Assembly (NCBI RefSeq): GCF_900232105.1
Contig: NZ_LT934425.1
Coordinates: 2,880,001-2,912,000, forward strand
Source: Candidatus Kuenenia stuttgartensis
Lineage (GTDB): Bacteria > Planctomycetota > Brocadiia > Brocadiales > Brocadiaceae
Length of the DNA: 32,000 nt
Direction: 5' to 3'
Shown one piece after another: positions 7,458 through 17,101 of this stretch (its first letter is position 1; every line of letters begins with the position of its first letter). The notes beneath the pieces are model-generated. The model did not search any database and was not told the origin of the DNA. It saw only the letters and a program-made list of their open reading frames with translations. The position numbers and the translations under genes were made by a program.

Positions 7458-9290
7458 CTATTCCTGCAACAAGGCTTTGCCTTGTTTGCAGGATTTAGGT
7501 TGTAGTTTATTGTAAATCGTGTGCTGCTTTTCCGTGGGCGCTGTGCAGGTTCTGACGTCAATAACGCAGCCGTCCTTTGTGTTCATGGTCGTTGTTACCC
7601 TTATATGGGTGGCAAGGATATTACGAATCGTATTCCAATTATAATGAACCCCTGCGGTTCTTAGCTTTTTTAATATCCCGGCAAGTATGTGATAGGCCAA
7701 TACAGTGACATGCACGTGGGCAATGGTTGGGGTATCTGTGTGGTGAAAGTTTGGCCGTAAACCAAGGTTGCCTTTCATTGTTTTAAAACTTTCCTCAACA
7801 GTACTCAACGACCTATGGAGCTTTGATATCTCTTCCCCGCTAAGATCAAGTCGGTTTGTCCGTAATACATACGTGCCTATGGCTTCTTCCTTTGCTTGCG
7901 CCTGAGCATTTTTCTTAAATTTGATATCGGTCGCTTTGCCATCCGTCTGTTCCACTTTGATCGTATATAAATTGCCCACCTTGTAGCGTTCTTTTAACCG
8001 GCCTATCCTCTCTATGATCGTATCATATTTTTTCTGTCTTTTTGGCTTCTCTAATCCTTCTTTTATTGCCGAGAGCGCCTCTTCAAACCTTTGTTCTTTC
8101 AGGGAAAGGATGGACTTCTCTTTTGGCTCTTTTGCCTCGCTGTGGCATAAAAGGAATGCCTCTTCTTCAGTACGGACTAATTTCATGCCCAACGTTGTTT
8201 TCCCGTCTGATAACATAATCTTCTCTTCGTCCGTTTCAGGCCAAAAAGTATCTTCAAAAGATTTCTTGCGCGAGACGACCACATATTTATAGCCACTCTT
8301 CCTGATAAGCGCAATGTTCTCTTCCGTTGCAACCCCTGCGTCCATAACTATCGTTCTATCATTTGAAAACATACCGTCTTCTTTTTTTAATCCCTCCAAA
8401 ATATCTTTCAGGGTACCAGGCTCCGACACATTGCCCTCAAAAACCTTGCTCTGCTTGGGAAATCCCTCTTCATCAACGGTAAGGGATAGCGTAATTAACG
8501 GACAATCATTACGGCTCTCTTTTGATTTGTAGCGCCGGGCCACCTTACTCCCTCTTTTGCTACCCTCAAAATAGGTATTTGTTAAATCATATAAAATCAC
8601 CGTCTCTTTAAGGGAAAATATCTCTCGCGCCCGCTTTGACAACTCTTGCTCTATGGCGGCATGATTCTCCCAAAGCAAGACTGCCGCGCGATGCAGCGCT
8701 TTATCATACAGTTTAACCCCGGAGTCCAACAGCTCTCCCGCCCCGCTTGTTTCAGAAAGCCATCGCACGGTATCACGCTCGCTGCCGGGATGAACCATTC
8801 TCCCCACAATGAGCATCTTGGAATAGGCAATCTGGTCATCTGTAAAATCAAGCCCTTGCAATATCTTATCAAACCCGTATTCATTCATTTGGCTTATGGC
8901 CACGTGTTCGGCGCCTACGGTCTTTGCATCATTTGTTATCAGGGAATTAATATTCACATGCTCGTATTGAGCAGGTTCTTCCCCTGCTGATTCACCGCCG
9001 GTAATACGTTCTTGCGCCCTGTCCAACCGCTCCTGTCTTATCTGGCTGGCATAATGCCTTGCTTTCGCCTCTATTTCAGGATCTTGAGGAAACAACGTTT
9101 TTTGATTTGCTAAAAATCCTTCAATGCAATTGGCAAGGGTCTTCCACTTCTCCTCGGGCAGACTAAGCTGCCCAAGGTTTAAGACTATTTGCTGTCTTGG
9201 CCCTGAAGGGGTGCGAATGGATTCGATGAGTTGGTGTTGTATGTAGCTCTTCCCGCCATTCACTTTTTTGATCTTTTCACGGATAAACAC
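7458..9290 (-). CDS. IS1634-family (IS4 superfamily) DDE transposase, apparently intact (610 aa, GTG start)
   Basis: The N-terminus MFIREKIKKVNGGKSYIQHQLIESIR is typical of IS1634-type proteins. Catalytic blocks are LYDLTNTYFEG, VMDAGVATEENI and STVEESFKTMKGNLGLRP. I could not define the IS ends. Confidence 0.85.
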   Translation of the reverse strand: MFIREKIKKVNGGKSYIQHQLIESIRTPSGPRQQIVLNLGQLSLPEEKWKTLANCIEGFLANQKTLFPQDPEIEAKARHYASQIRQERLDRAQERITGGESAGEEPAQYEHVNINSLITNDAKTVGAEHVAISQMNEYGFDKILQGLDFTDDQIAYSKMLIVGRMVHPGSERDTVRWLSETSGAGELLDSGVKLYDKALHRAAVLLWENHAAIEQELSKRAREIFSLKETVILYDLTNTYFEGSKRGSKVARRYKSKESRNDCPLITLSLTVDEEGFPKQSKVFEGNVSEPGTLKDILEGLKKEDGMFSNDRTIVMDAGVATEENIALIRKSGYKYVVVSRKKSFEDTFWPETDEEKIMLSDGKTTLGMKLVRTEEEAFLLCHSEAKEPKEKSILSLKEQRFEEALSAIKEGLEKPKRQKKYDTIIERIGRLKERYKVGNLYTIKVEQTDGKATDIKFKKNAQAQAKEEAIGTYVLRTNRLDLSGEEISKLHRSLSTVEESFKTMKGNLGLRPNFHHTDTPTIAHVHVTVLAYHILAGILKKLRTAGVHYNWNTIRNILATHIRVTTTMNTKDGCVIDVRTCTAPTEKQHTIYNKLQPKSCKQGKALLQE

Positions 9291-9549
9291 ACCGGTATTT
9301 TACCATGTAAGCAATGGCGCCGCAAGCATAAACAATAATATTCAGGCACTACATTAAACGCCGAAAGCAACATTCAACCATACCAATAGGTTACGACTAT
9401 TATACGCTCAATTTCTTGCCTTTTTCAGGGTAAATTTGTCGAAGTTGGGTTAAGAGTACCGTATTTTACAGTAGGCACTAATCCCATTCTCACGAGTAAA
9501 AATACCTTGTGAGTGAAAATAAAATAGTTAAAAAGTGTAGTAAAAGCAA

Positions 9550-10137
9550 CTATGCGACCAATCGAGCCCCTTCTGCCCTGGAAAAATCGATTCGTTCAAG
9601 AATAAATTTTGTAAGGATTGACTTTTGAGATGAATCCACGAGAAATTCAGGAAGGCAATTTCTCATTGCAATGGCCGTCACTTGTTCTGAAGGACAAATT
9701 CCCGGTCTCATAGTCCGCAACCATGACCCGAAGGAATTCCAAACAAGCGATGGAAATGCTGAAGAAATATATTGCAAAAGCCCCTGTGCAATAACGCCGG
9801 CCTGTATATGTCTGTGATAGGCTGCAAGTTTTCTGCGAACTGCATTTCTGTATTCAGAGCTTCTTTTGTGAACATGTTGATTGCCGGAACGCCTTTTAAT
9901 TGGCTGCATATTTCTCATCCAAAAATGGTAGGCATATGTGCCCAAGGTTCTAAGCGCCTGTTTGAAAGACACTTCGATTTTGAAACGCAATCCATACAGG
10001 CAGATAATTTCCATTGCATTAATAGTTAAATCCGTACTCATTAAAATAATTTTCCCTCTTTGAGGGTGATCCACCAATACAAATCGAATAAGAATACCCA
10101 CGGGTTTCCAAAGCAGATCAAGGGTTCTATAATTTAT
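9550..10137 (-). pseudogene. C-terminal part of an IS4/IS701-like DDE transposase, interrupted by the ISL3 element
   Basis: Contains the C-terminal Y-x2-R-x3-E block (YGLRFKIEVSFKQALR). The reading frame stays open upstream of the annotated GTG (GINYRTLDLLWKPVGILIRF...) right up to the ISL3 left end at 10138. Confidence 0.65.
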
Positions 10138-11518
10138 GCCTCATCCGCAGAATCTGTGGGTAAGTATTGGTTCCGGCAAATTACCAAGAGTATGATACAA
10201 GGCTGTTTGCAGGCATTCCAGAGATTTATAACCATAAGCCTTTCTCATAGTCAGTTTCGCCTTAAGGTTAAACCCCTCAACCGTACCGGAAGAAAGTCTG
10301 CCATCAGCCTTGAACCAGTTGAGAATGAGCTGCTTGTGATTGCGCAACATCTTTGCCACTTTTTTCATAGGTTCCAGGTTGGTTTTTAGGGTTCTCGTAA
10401 TCCAGTTCTCGAGAAACCTGTCTGCATACGCCGGATACTTATACTCCCAAAAACGCTGAAAATCTTCACGCATTAAATATGCCTTTATTGAACTCAGGTT
10501 GATCTTAACTATCTGGCTTAACCGTACCGTTTGCTTTTCTGTCAAGTTCTCAGGCCTTTTCAACAGTAACCAACGGCTCTTTTCCAAAACATTGTCTGTG
10601 CCTTCATCCTTGAGCTTTTTGACCTCTTCCCTCCGTATCTGGTCTATGGCTTCATTGAATTTCTTCATGATGTGGAAACGGTCAAGAATATTAAGCGCCT
10701 GGGAAGCCTTCTTCGCTATCACCTTCAGGTACGGCGACCACATATCGCTGCAAACGAATTTGATTCTCAGACAACGTTCTATACCTAACTCCATGAAAAA
10801 CTTCCGCAGGGTCTTTGCCTTCCGCTCAGGGCCACTCCATAAAAGCCTTTTGGCATGCGAATCAAGCTGATATACAAGGGTTAAATACTTGTGGCCACTC
10901 CAGACTTGTATCTCGTCTATTCCTATTTCCGTTATATTCTCCAAGTCCCTGTGGGCAAGGCCGTAGGCAACTACAAACTGCACTGCCCTATACACACTGT
11001 CCCAACTGGACTTGAATATCTCGGCTGTCTCTTTCCAACTCAGGCGTTTAGCCCATCGAGACAGGAATACCTTGTATGTGGTGGTCATCTGCTCCTTACC
11101 TTCTGACCAGGGAATTCGCTCTACATGGATTCCGTCCACTGGACAGGCGGCGCGTCGCGGGGAATATCGGAAAAATACTTGAAACCCCCATAATGGCGGA
11201 TACTCGTATAACCGGGACGGCTGTGTATCATACCCAGACGCTCTCTTCCCACATACTGAACATTCAGGCTTGGCATTTACCCTCGGCTTTATATCTGCTA
11301 CTAATGCCTTTCTACCATTTATGACCTCGAAACTGACTGCTTTGTAAACAAATGACTTGAAATTCTCTACCGTATTTAATAATGTCTTTATCTGCATTGC
11401 CTCTCCTTTTGGGTTAAGATGCTTTCTTGATAAAAAACATCTTACTCCCTTTGGGATGGCAATGCACCTTTTCTCTTACTAATCCTTACTTATTACCCAC
11501 AGATTCTGCGGACGAGCC
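10138..11518 (-). mobile_element. ISL3-family insertion sequence (1381 bp) with terminal inverted repeats
   Basis: The left end is gcctcatccgcagaatctgtgggtaa. The reverse complement of the right end is ggctcgtccgcagaatctgtgggtaa, so 24 of 26 bases match, with a GGCTC-type ISL3 terminus. It carries one transposase gene. Confidence 0.9.
10141..11397 (-). CDS. ISL3-family transposase (418 aa)
   Basis: An N-terminal zinc-finger region (CSVCGKR...C) is followed by IGIDEIQVWSGHKYLTLVYQLD..., ...CSDMWSPYLK... and ...TVEGFNLKAKLTMRKAYGYKS, which is the typical ISL3 DDE layout. Confidence 0.9.
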   Translation of the reverse strand: MQIKTLLNTVENFKSFVYKAVSFEVINGRKALVADIKPRVNAKPECSVCGKRASGYDTQPSRLYEYPPLWGFQVFFRYSPRRAACPVDGIHVERIPWSEGKEQMTTTYKVFLSRWAKRLSWKETAEIFKSSWDSVYRAVQFVVAYGLAHRDLENITEIGIDEIQVWSGHKYLTLVYQLDSHAKRLLWSGPERKAKTLRKFFMELGIERCLRIKFVCSDMWSPYLKVIAKKASQALNILDRFHIMKKFNEAIDQIRREEVKKLKDEGTDNVLEKSRWLLLKRPENLTEKQTVRLSQIVKINLSSIKAYLMREDFQRFWEYKYPAYADRFLENWITRTLKTNLEPMKKVAKMLRNHKQLILNWFKADGRLSSGTVEGFNLKAKLTMRKAYGYKSLECLQTALYHTLGNLPEPILTHRFCG

Positions 11519-11763
11519 GGTATTTCATTACAGAGGAAGTTGTTTCCACAAACCAAAATAATTGGAGAAATCACTTTGTACTACTATCCATCAACTTCTT
11601 GTTTTTTATGCTCGTTTTTCAAAATGCATAACCGTAAGGCATTGATTAGATGAGGATTACGTAAAGTTTGGAGCATTGGGTTTTTTGTCATTTGAATTTG
11701 TTTCGTATTTCGATATTCGTATTTTGAATTTGGTTGCGGCCAAAGGCCGCGCCAAGTGTTTCT

Positions 11764-12018
11764 ATGTCTGATTATTCATCTGTTATATCTGCTGTTGCTA
11801 CGGTTGGACTTGTTGCATTTTCTGTCTTCCAGTGGATAAGTCTAAAAGCAAGGGTAAAGGAATCGGCCAAATCCCGTTACGCTTCATTGATTCTATCGGT
11901 TGAAGAAATAATGCAAAAGTTGGTACCTGATCTACTCTCCATTCACAGTCTTGAGGCTACAAGACATGCAAGTTGGGAATTGGATGAACGCCGTGCCGCT
12001 GACCATGTTGTGGGTTAA
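11764..12018 (+). CDS. Hypothetical small membrane protein (possibly a gene remnant)
   Basis: ORF with one hydrophobic helix (VISAVATVGLVAFSVFQWI). I see no SD or family match, so support is weak. Confidence 0.25.
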   Translation: MSDYSSVISAVATVGLVAFSVFQWISLKARVKESAKSRYASLILSVEEIMQKLVPDLLSIHSLEATRHASWELDERRAADHVVG

Positions 12019-12275
12019 CTTCAACGTGTATCATTTTTATGCGAAAATAGAAGGTCTTAACCCCTTGAAATTTTTTAATAGTTCACTGCAGAGGGCGCGG
12101 AGAAAACAAATACAACATATATCTGCATAATTTTCTGTTTTTTATCTCCTATTGGATCGTGCTGGGAGGGTTGGTAGGGATGAACATATGGTTCACTCCT
12201 GCATGGGCGTTGTAAAAAATTTGCCGAAGGCTTGGTTTAATTGAAAATGTGGTATTTCGTGGAAAACAATTTTCA

Positions 12276-12324
12276 TAAAAAAAGGAAGGTATTGGGGTTA
12301 ACCAATGGGGGGATTCTTTCCTTT
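12276..12324 (-). terminator. Putative intrinsic terminator of the 12329-13117 gene
   Basis: Minus strand reads aaggaaag...attgg-ttaacc-ccaat...ccttcctt followed by ttttttt. The stem is imperfect. Confidence 0.35.
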
Positions 12325-12328
12325 TCTA

Positions 12329-13117
12329 TCAGTTTTTGGACAGCGATTTCATTTTTTCCTTTGTAATTTCAATATTGAATTTTGCTTCCAGATTATCAGG
12401 TTCCAGTTCAAGCACTTTTTCCCATCTCGCAATCGCCTCCTGGTAGTTTCCTTCCCGATATTGTTCTAATGCGTCATCTAAAAGTGTTTGTAATCTTTCT
12501 TTTTTTTGCGCATCGGATAATTCTTTCATTTCTTCCCGCGCAAAAGGTTTTTTATCTGTTTGAATCTCCAGTGCTTCCTCGTTTTCAGGGAATTCTACTT
12601 CATTCTTTTCCTCTTTAATCAGTTCACGGTTTGCGAGAGGTGTTTCTTTTGTTTGTGGTATAATTGCTTTTTTTGCAAACGTAGTATCTTCTTTTTGGCT
12701 AATCAAACGTTGGTTTTGCAGGATAGCAATCTGATTGCGTAGCTCAGAGTTTGCCTTCTCGATTTCACCCAGATGTTTTTCAATAGTCTCTATATCGTTT
12801 GTGAGATAAGAAAGGGTGGTTTCCATGGAATTATTTTTTGATTCAAGGTCGGTTCTGATAGTAGTTAGCATTTCAGATAAATTCGAATATTTTGCATCCA
12901 TGCTCATATTTTTTTGTGTAAGCATTTCAATGCGTGTCGTCGCATTTTTAGTAGTATAATCTAAATCCTTAAATTGTTTCTCGAAAGTATTTATTTTTTG
13001 ATCAATCTGCGCCAAATGTGCCTCAGTATCTTTGCTGGTTTTTGTCTCAACAGTAATACATCCTGTTAGTGTAGAAAATACCATCGGTGCCAGAAAGAGC
13101 GTGACAAATTTTGCCAT
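12329..13117 (-). CDS. Lipoprotein with a long coiled-coil and a C-terminal TPR-like motif
   Basis: Signal peptide with lipobox (MVFSTLTG|C). The middle is heptad-like and Glu/Lys/Asn-rich. The C-terminus reads YREGNYQEAIARWEKVLELEPDNLEA. An SD (aaggggg) lies upstream. Confidence 0.75.
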   Translation of the reverse strand: MAKFVTLFLAPMVFSTLTGCITVETKTSKDTEAHLAQIDQKINTFEKQFKDLDYTTKNATTRIEMLTQKNMSMDAKYSNLSEMLTTIRTDLESKNNSMETTLSYLTNDIETIEKHLGEIEKANSELRNQIAILQNQRLISQKEDTTFAKKAIIPQTKETPLANRELIKEEKNEVEFPENEEALEIQTDKKPFAREEMKELSDAQKKERLQTLLDDALEQYREGNYQEAIARWEKVLELEPDNLEAKFNIEITKEKMKSLSKN

Positions 13118-13213
13118 AATCGCCCCCTTCTATGGGTTAAGTTTGGAGGTAACGAGCTTATCTTGTTTATGCATCACGTTATCGTAAGGATATATGTGGC
13201 AGGAATATAAAAT

Positions 13214-13816
13214 TCATTTCATTTTTTCTAAATCGAAAGGGAATGATGCCTCTTTTTCTTCTTCCGGATCAAAAACAACCAATGTTATTGGCATATTTAA
13301 ATCAATATCGTAAACAGGGAATTTAAATACCATTCTTGCCATTTGGCTCGGGGGATTTGGCCAAAATTCACTGGCATCGGCAATATCTGGTTTAAATTCA
13401 TATATAGGTCTGATTTCCAGATCTTTTTGACAAAGTTTTGCAGTTTGAAATACTGCGAAATTAAATGCGTCCCCGTAAACAGTTACGGTAAATACAAGCG
13501 CATTTCCTATTTCTAAAGCATTCAAAATGTCCCGGTTGGTAAGATTTTTATGTTCTATTTCAAACTTTTTTGCCTTGTAAGCAACATTGTGGTAAGGAGT
13601 GAATAATGTGGCAAAGCCTATTCCCTTTCCGAGGGATACCGTCCATTCTTTTGAAAAGGCAACGAAATCAACCTCTTTATTTTGCCTTCCGTATTGGATT
13701 GCCTCCTGTATCTGTTCTGGCGCTAAACGTAAGGATACTGCTTGTGCTGGTGCTAAAAAACAGAGGGCAAGGACAATAAAGATGCTATTCGTTACGAGAA
13801 AGATTTTTTTCACCAT
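13214..13816 (-). CDS. Exported hypothetical protein (200 aa)
   Basis: N-terminal signal peptide (IFIVLALCFLAPAQA|V). I recognise no family. Confidence 0.65.
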   Translation of the reverse strand: MVKKIFLVTNSIFIVLALCFLAPAQAVSLRLAPEQIQEAIQYGRQNKEVDFVAFSKEWTVSLGKGIGFATLFTPYHNVAYKAKKFEIEHKNLTNRDILNALEIGNALVFTVTVYGDAFNFAVFQTAKLCQKDLEIRPIYEFKPDIADASEFWPNPPSQMARMVFKFPVYDIDLNMPITLVVFDPEEEKEASFPFDLEKMK

Positions 13817-13888
13817 ATGCCATCCTACTTACTTTTAAAACGTTATAAGCAACGTTAAATAAAAATGATACCGGTCATCTGCCGTGTC

Positions 13889-14200
13889 TTATTCATCCTC
13901 ATCCACATCTTCTTCCTCTTCGTCTTCACCGTGCCCCCATTCAGCATCTTCCACTCCTTCTGCTCCTGCTTCTACGGCCGTATCAGCGGTAGGCCTCACG
14001 ACATAATTCTTTCCGGTTTTCATTAAACTTGCGGTACACATGATGAAAACTATACCAAAAGCAATTGCACCGAGGAAGGTAACCATTGCGCCAATACCGT
14101 TTACCATCCCCTCTACTTTTTTGTTTGTCATAACCTTCTCTGATTTCTCAGAAACAACTCCATTTACCTTGTCGATCATCGCGTTGACCTTGTTGAGCAT
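13889..14200 (-). CDS. Small single-pass membrane protein with an acidic C-terminal tail
   Basis: AAGGAGG SD is present. There is one TM helix (GAMVTFLGAIAFGIVFIMCTASL), and the C-terminus is GEDEEEEDVDEDE. Confidence 0.6.
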   Translation of the reverse strand: MLNKVNAMIDKVNGVVSEKSEKVMTNKKVEGMVNGIGAMVTFLGAIAFGIVFIMCTASLMKTGKNYVVRPTADTAVEAGAEGVEDAEWGHGEDEEEEDVDEDE

Positions 14201-14271
14201 TTTTTTCTTCCTCCTTTGATTTTTACAGCGTTTACGTTATTGCCTGAAAACTAAAATAAGACTATGTTTTT

Positions 14272-15072
14272 TTACCTCTCCGTCCGGGTCAGGTTGTTGT
14301 ACTTTGATAGTTCTTCATCTGCTTCTACAATTAATCCTTTTTGCCGATAGGCAGATTCCAGATTTTTATAAGCTTTAATGTAATAGGGATCTATAGCAAG
14401 GGCTTCTTTAAATTCGCGTATTTGATCTTCAACCATTTTCATTTCACCGTAAGCAATACCAAGGTTAAAGTGAATCTTTGCGTCGTTTGGCGCTAATGTC
14501 AACGCTTTTTTGTATTGAATAATTTCCTCGGTTAACATGCCTTTTTGTCCATAGACAACACCCAAATTGAACTGCGCATTGAAATAATCAGGATAGAGTT
14601 CTGTTACTTTTTTGTATGCGGCAATTGATTCATCAAATTTCTCTTTTTTACGGTAAGCATGCCCTAAATTGTACAGACCCTCTAAATTATACGGATCGAT
14701 GCTTATTAATTTTTGGTAAGTGGATACTTCCTCATCTACCATGCCTTTCGAGCCATATGCAATTGCCAGGTTAAAATATGCATCCTCAAATTCAGCATTC
14801 AGGTCAATTGCCGTTTTGTATGACTCTATTTCTTTATCAAACATCCTTTTTTTGCTATACGCAACCCCAAGGTTATTGTAAATATTTGCATAGCCTGGAT
14901 TTATCTTTATTGCGGCATGGTATTCCGAGATTGCCTCATCCAGCATTCCCTGCATATTGTATTCGTTTCCCAACTTGTAATGTATCTCAAAATCATCAAA
15001 AAATTCTGTTGCGAAAATTTGGAGGGTACAAAACAGGTTGAGTAGTAATAAAAGAGGTGCAATTCGTATCAT
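14272..15072 (-). CDS. Exported TPR-repeat protein (~6 TPRs)
   Basis: Signal peptide, then reiterated 34-aa units (A..Y...I.L.P....A..NLG.AY). The ATG overlaps the upstream gene's stop (ATGA). Confidence 0.85.
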   Translation of the reverse strand: MIRIAPLLLLLNLFCTLQIFATEFFDDFEIHYKLGNEYNMQGMLDEAISEYHAAIKINPGYANIYNNLGVAYSKKRMFDKEIESYKTAIDLNAEFEDAYFNLAIAYGSKGMVDEEVSTYQKLISIDPYNLEGLYNLGHAYRKKEKFDESIAAYKKVTELYPDYFNAQFNLGVVYGQKGMLTEEIIQYKKALTLAPNDAKIHFNLGIAYGEMKMVEDQIREFKEALAIDPYYIKAYKNLESAYRQKGLIVEADEELSKYNNLTRTER

Positions 15073-15362
15073 AAGTTTATTTGGCTGGGATAAAACCAGA
15101 ATATTTTTTTGTTTTTATCGTCAATTTTTTTAACGATTTCATAAAACTCAGTTTTAGAAATGTCTTCTAATTTTTTGCCGTATGTTTTAACGGTTTTATT
15201 AAAAGCCATTACCTTTTCCGCAAGGTTGTCATGGGTTTTGGCAGATCCGCCAAGGATATAAAAATTTTCTCCCGTGGTAATCCTTTTATGATTATCTTCG
15301 TGGTCAAATGCAAGGCCAAGCAAGACGATATTTTCGTTTGAAGATTTGCGTTGATATGGCAA
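15069..15362 (-). CDS. Hypothetical protein (97 aa, TTG start)
   Basis: A GGAGG SD lies 5 nt upstream of the TTG. A 4-nt overlap with the TPR gene suggests translational coupling. I recognise no family. Confidence 0.55.
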   Translation of the reverse strand: MPYQRKSSNENIVLLGLAFDHEDNHKRITTGENFYILGGSAKTHDNLAEKVMAFNKTVKTYGKKLEDISKTEFYEIVKKIDDKNKKIFWFYPSQINL

Positions 15363-15586
15363 TCGCGCCTCCGTTCAAAGTTTGCTATAATTCACAATGA
15401 TAAAAGTATCAAAGGATACCATCGGTCAAAAAAAAAGTCAAGCTTCGTTTATACGGGTTCCTTGCGATTTTAGCGGTATTTTTTTAAGGGAAGCATGGGC
15501 GAAGCATTTGCTATAAATTGTCATAAATGCGTTCATACCCAAACTGGCAAATGCTTTGTCCATGCTGTTTGTTGGGGAAAAAAATG

Positions 15587-16981
15587 TTAGTGGGTTGTTA
15601 TCAAAAGCACCCTTCTGGCGATTTCGAAATAAATAATAAGTCCCGTTGCGTCCAGTATCGTTGCAATTAATGGTGCAGATACAAACGCCGGATCCAGTTT
15701 TATCAGCCGGAAAAGCAGCGGGATAGAGACTCCTACGATGTTCCCGGCACTCACTACGGAAAATAAGGAAATTCCTACCGTTGCGGCCAGTGCGGGTTGT
15801 TTTGTGGATATTGCTGCAATGGAAAAAGCAATAAATCCTAAAATTAGTCCAAGCACAACCCCTACCCGTAATTCCCTTAGTAAAATTTTCCACCATTCCC
15901 TGGTAGTTATCTCTCCCGTAGCCAGCGCCCGGATCACAAGGGTAGATGACTGGGAACCAGTATTGCCGCCTGAACCCGTTAGCATAGGGATGAAATAGGC
16001 AATTGCAATCATCGAGCTTAAGATTTCTGAGTATCCCTTCAGTATTGTTTGTGAAATGGTTGCAGCGATGACAAGTATCGCGAGCCAAACTATCCGGTTA
16101 ATCACGCGTTTTGATACTCCAACGCGGAAATATTCGTCTTCTATAGTCTGGATACCAGCCATTTTTTTAAAATCCTCGGTTGCTTCTTCTTCTACAACAT
16201 CAAGCACATCGTCAAACGTCACAATACCAACGAGCCTGTTTTCGTTATCGACTACCGGTACCGCAAGAAGATCGTATTTCTGAACCACTTTTGCCGCTTT
16301 TTCCTGGTCATCGGTGGTGTGAACAAATAAAACATGTTCATTCATTATCTCTTGTATCAGTTGGTCTGGATTCGCAAGGATGATGTTTTTGAGAGAGGTA
16401 ACCCCCCGCAATTTTTTTGTTTCATCAACGATATAGCATATGTAAATAATTTCACGGTTCAAACCTGTTTTCCGTATATGTTCAAGCGCCCGTGCAACGG
16501 TCATATGCATTTGAAGCCCCACGAACTCAGGGGTCATTATGCGGCCTGCGGAGTTAGGGGGATAATTTAAAAGCTCGTTTGCTTCCTTTCTTTCCGCGGG
16601 AGGGAGTAATTTCAGGAGTCTTTCCACAACGTCTGCAGGGAGTTCATCAAATAGCTGGGTTCTGTCGTCCGGCTCCATTTCAATTAAAAGCGTTCTTACA
16701 TGTTGTTCTGTAAATTGCTTTAGGAGCGCTTCCTGTTCGGAAGAATCAAAGAGTGAAAAGACTTCAGAACTTTTGCTCTTGTCAAGCAATCTGAAGCTTA
16801 CCACCTTCTCTGCAGGTTCCAGCCCGGCGAGAATGTCGACAATATCGGCGGGATGGCGTTCGCGAAGAAAATCCCGCAGCCGGCTGAAGTCTTTTGTCCT
16901 TATAAGTTCCTTGATTTCAGGAAGGAAAATATTTGCCCACTTTAGTTCCATTTTTACAAAGGTATTAAAATTTTTTGGCAA
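15587..16981 (-). CDS. mgtE: Magnesium transporter MgtE (the start may be the ATG at 16951)
   Basis: MgtE N-domain (HPADIVDIL), a CBS pair and a TM domain with GSGGNTGSQSSTLVIRALATGEI. Confidence 0.93.
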   Translation of the reverse strand: MPKNFNTFVKMELKWANIFLPEIKELIRTKDFSRLRDFLRERHPADIVDILAGLEPAEKVVSFRLLDKSKSSEVFSLFDSSEQEALLKQFTEQHVRTLLIEMEPDDRTQLFDELPADVVERLLKLLPPAERKEANELLNYPPNSAGRIMTPEFVGLQMHMTVARALEHIRKTGLNREIIYICYIVDETKKLRGVTSLKNIILANPDQLIQEIMNEHVLFVHTTDDQEKAAKVVQKYDLLAVPVVDNENRLVGIVTFDDVLDVVEEEATEDFKKMAGIQTIEDEYFRVGVSKRVINRIVWLAILVIAATISQTILKGYSEILSSMIAIAYFIPMLTGSGGNTGSQSSTLVIRALATGEITTREWWKILLRELRVGVVLGLILGFIAFSIAAISTKQPALAATVGISLFSVVSAGNIVGVSIPLLFRLIKLDPAFVSAPLIATILDATGLIIYFEIARRVLLITTH

Positions 16982-17101
16982 CGTTCTGCCTTATTGGTTC
17001 CAGTCTGATAAATCTATTGACCTGAAAAAATTTCACAGGGGTAAAACAATGCTATTTTCATTCAACGTACCATTATTTTTTCTTTTGCACAGTGGAGGAA
17101 T

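Noticed and set aside
10130-11526. An expected 8-bp target-site duplication flanking the ISL3 element
   Set aside because: The flanking octamers are taatttat and ggtatttc, which do not match. I claim no duplication.
11736-11750. The gcggcc-aaa-ggccgc hairpin as a terminator
   Set aside because: It is a 6-bp stem with no adjacent T-tract on either strand, and it overlaps the 5' end of a weak ORF.
15438-16088. 216-aa minus-strand ORF overlapping the 3' half of mgtE
   Set aside because: It lies in a different frame of the clearly recognisable mgtE TM domain. Its product is Cys/Arg/Asn-rich with no motifs, so I treat it as a shadow ORF.
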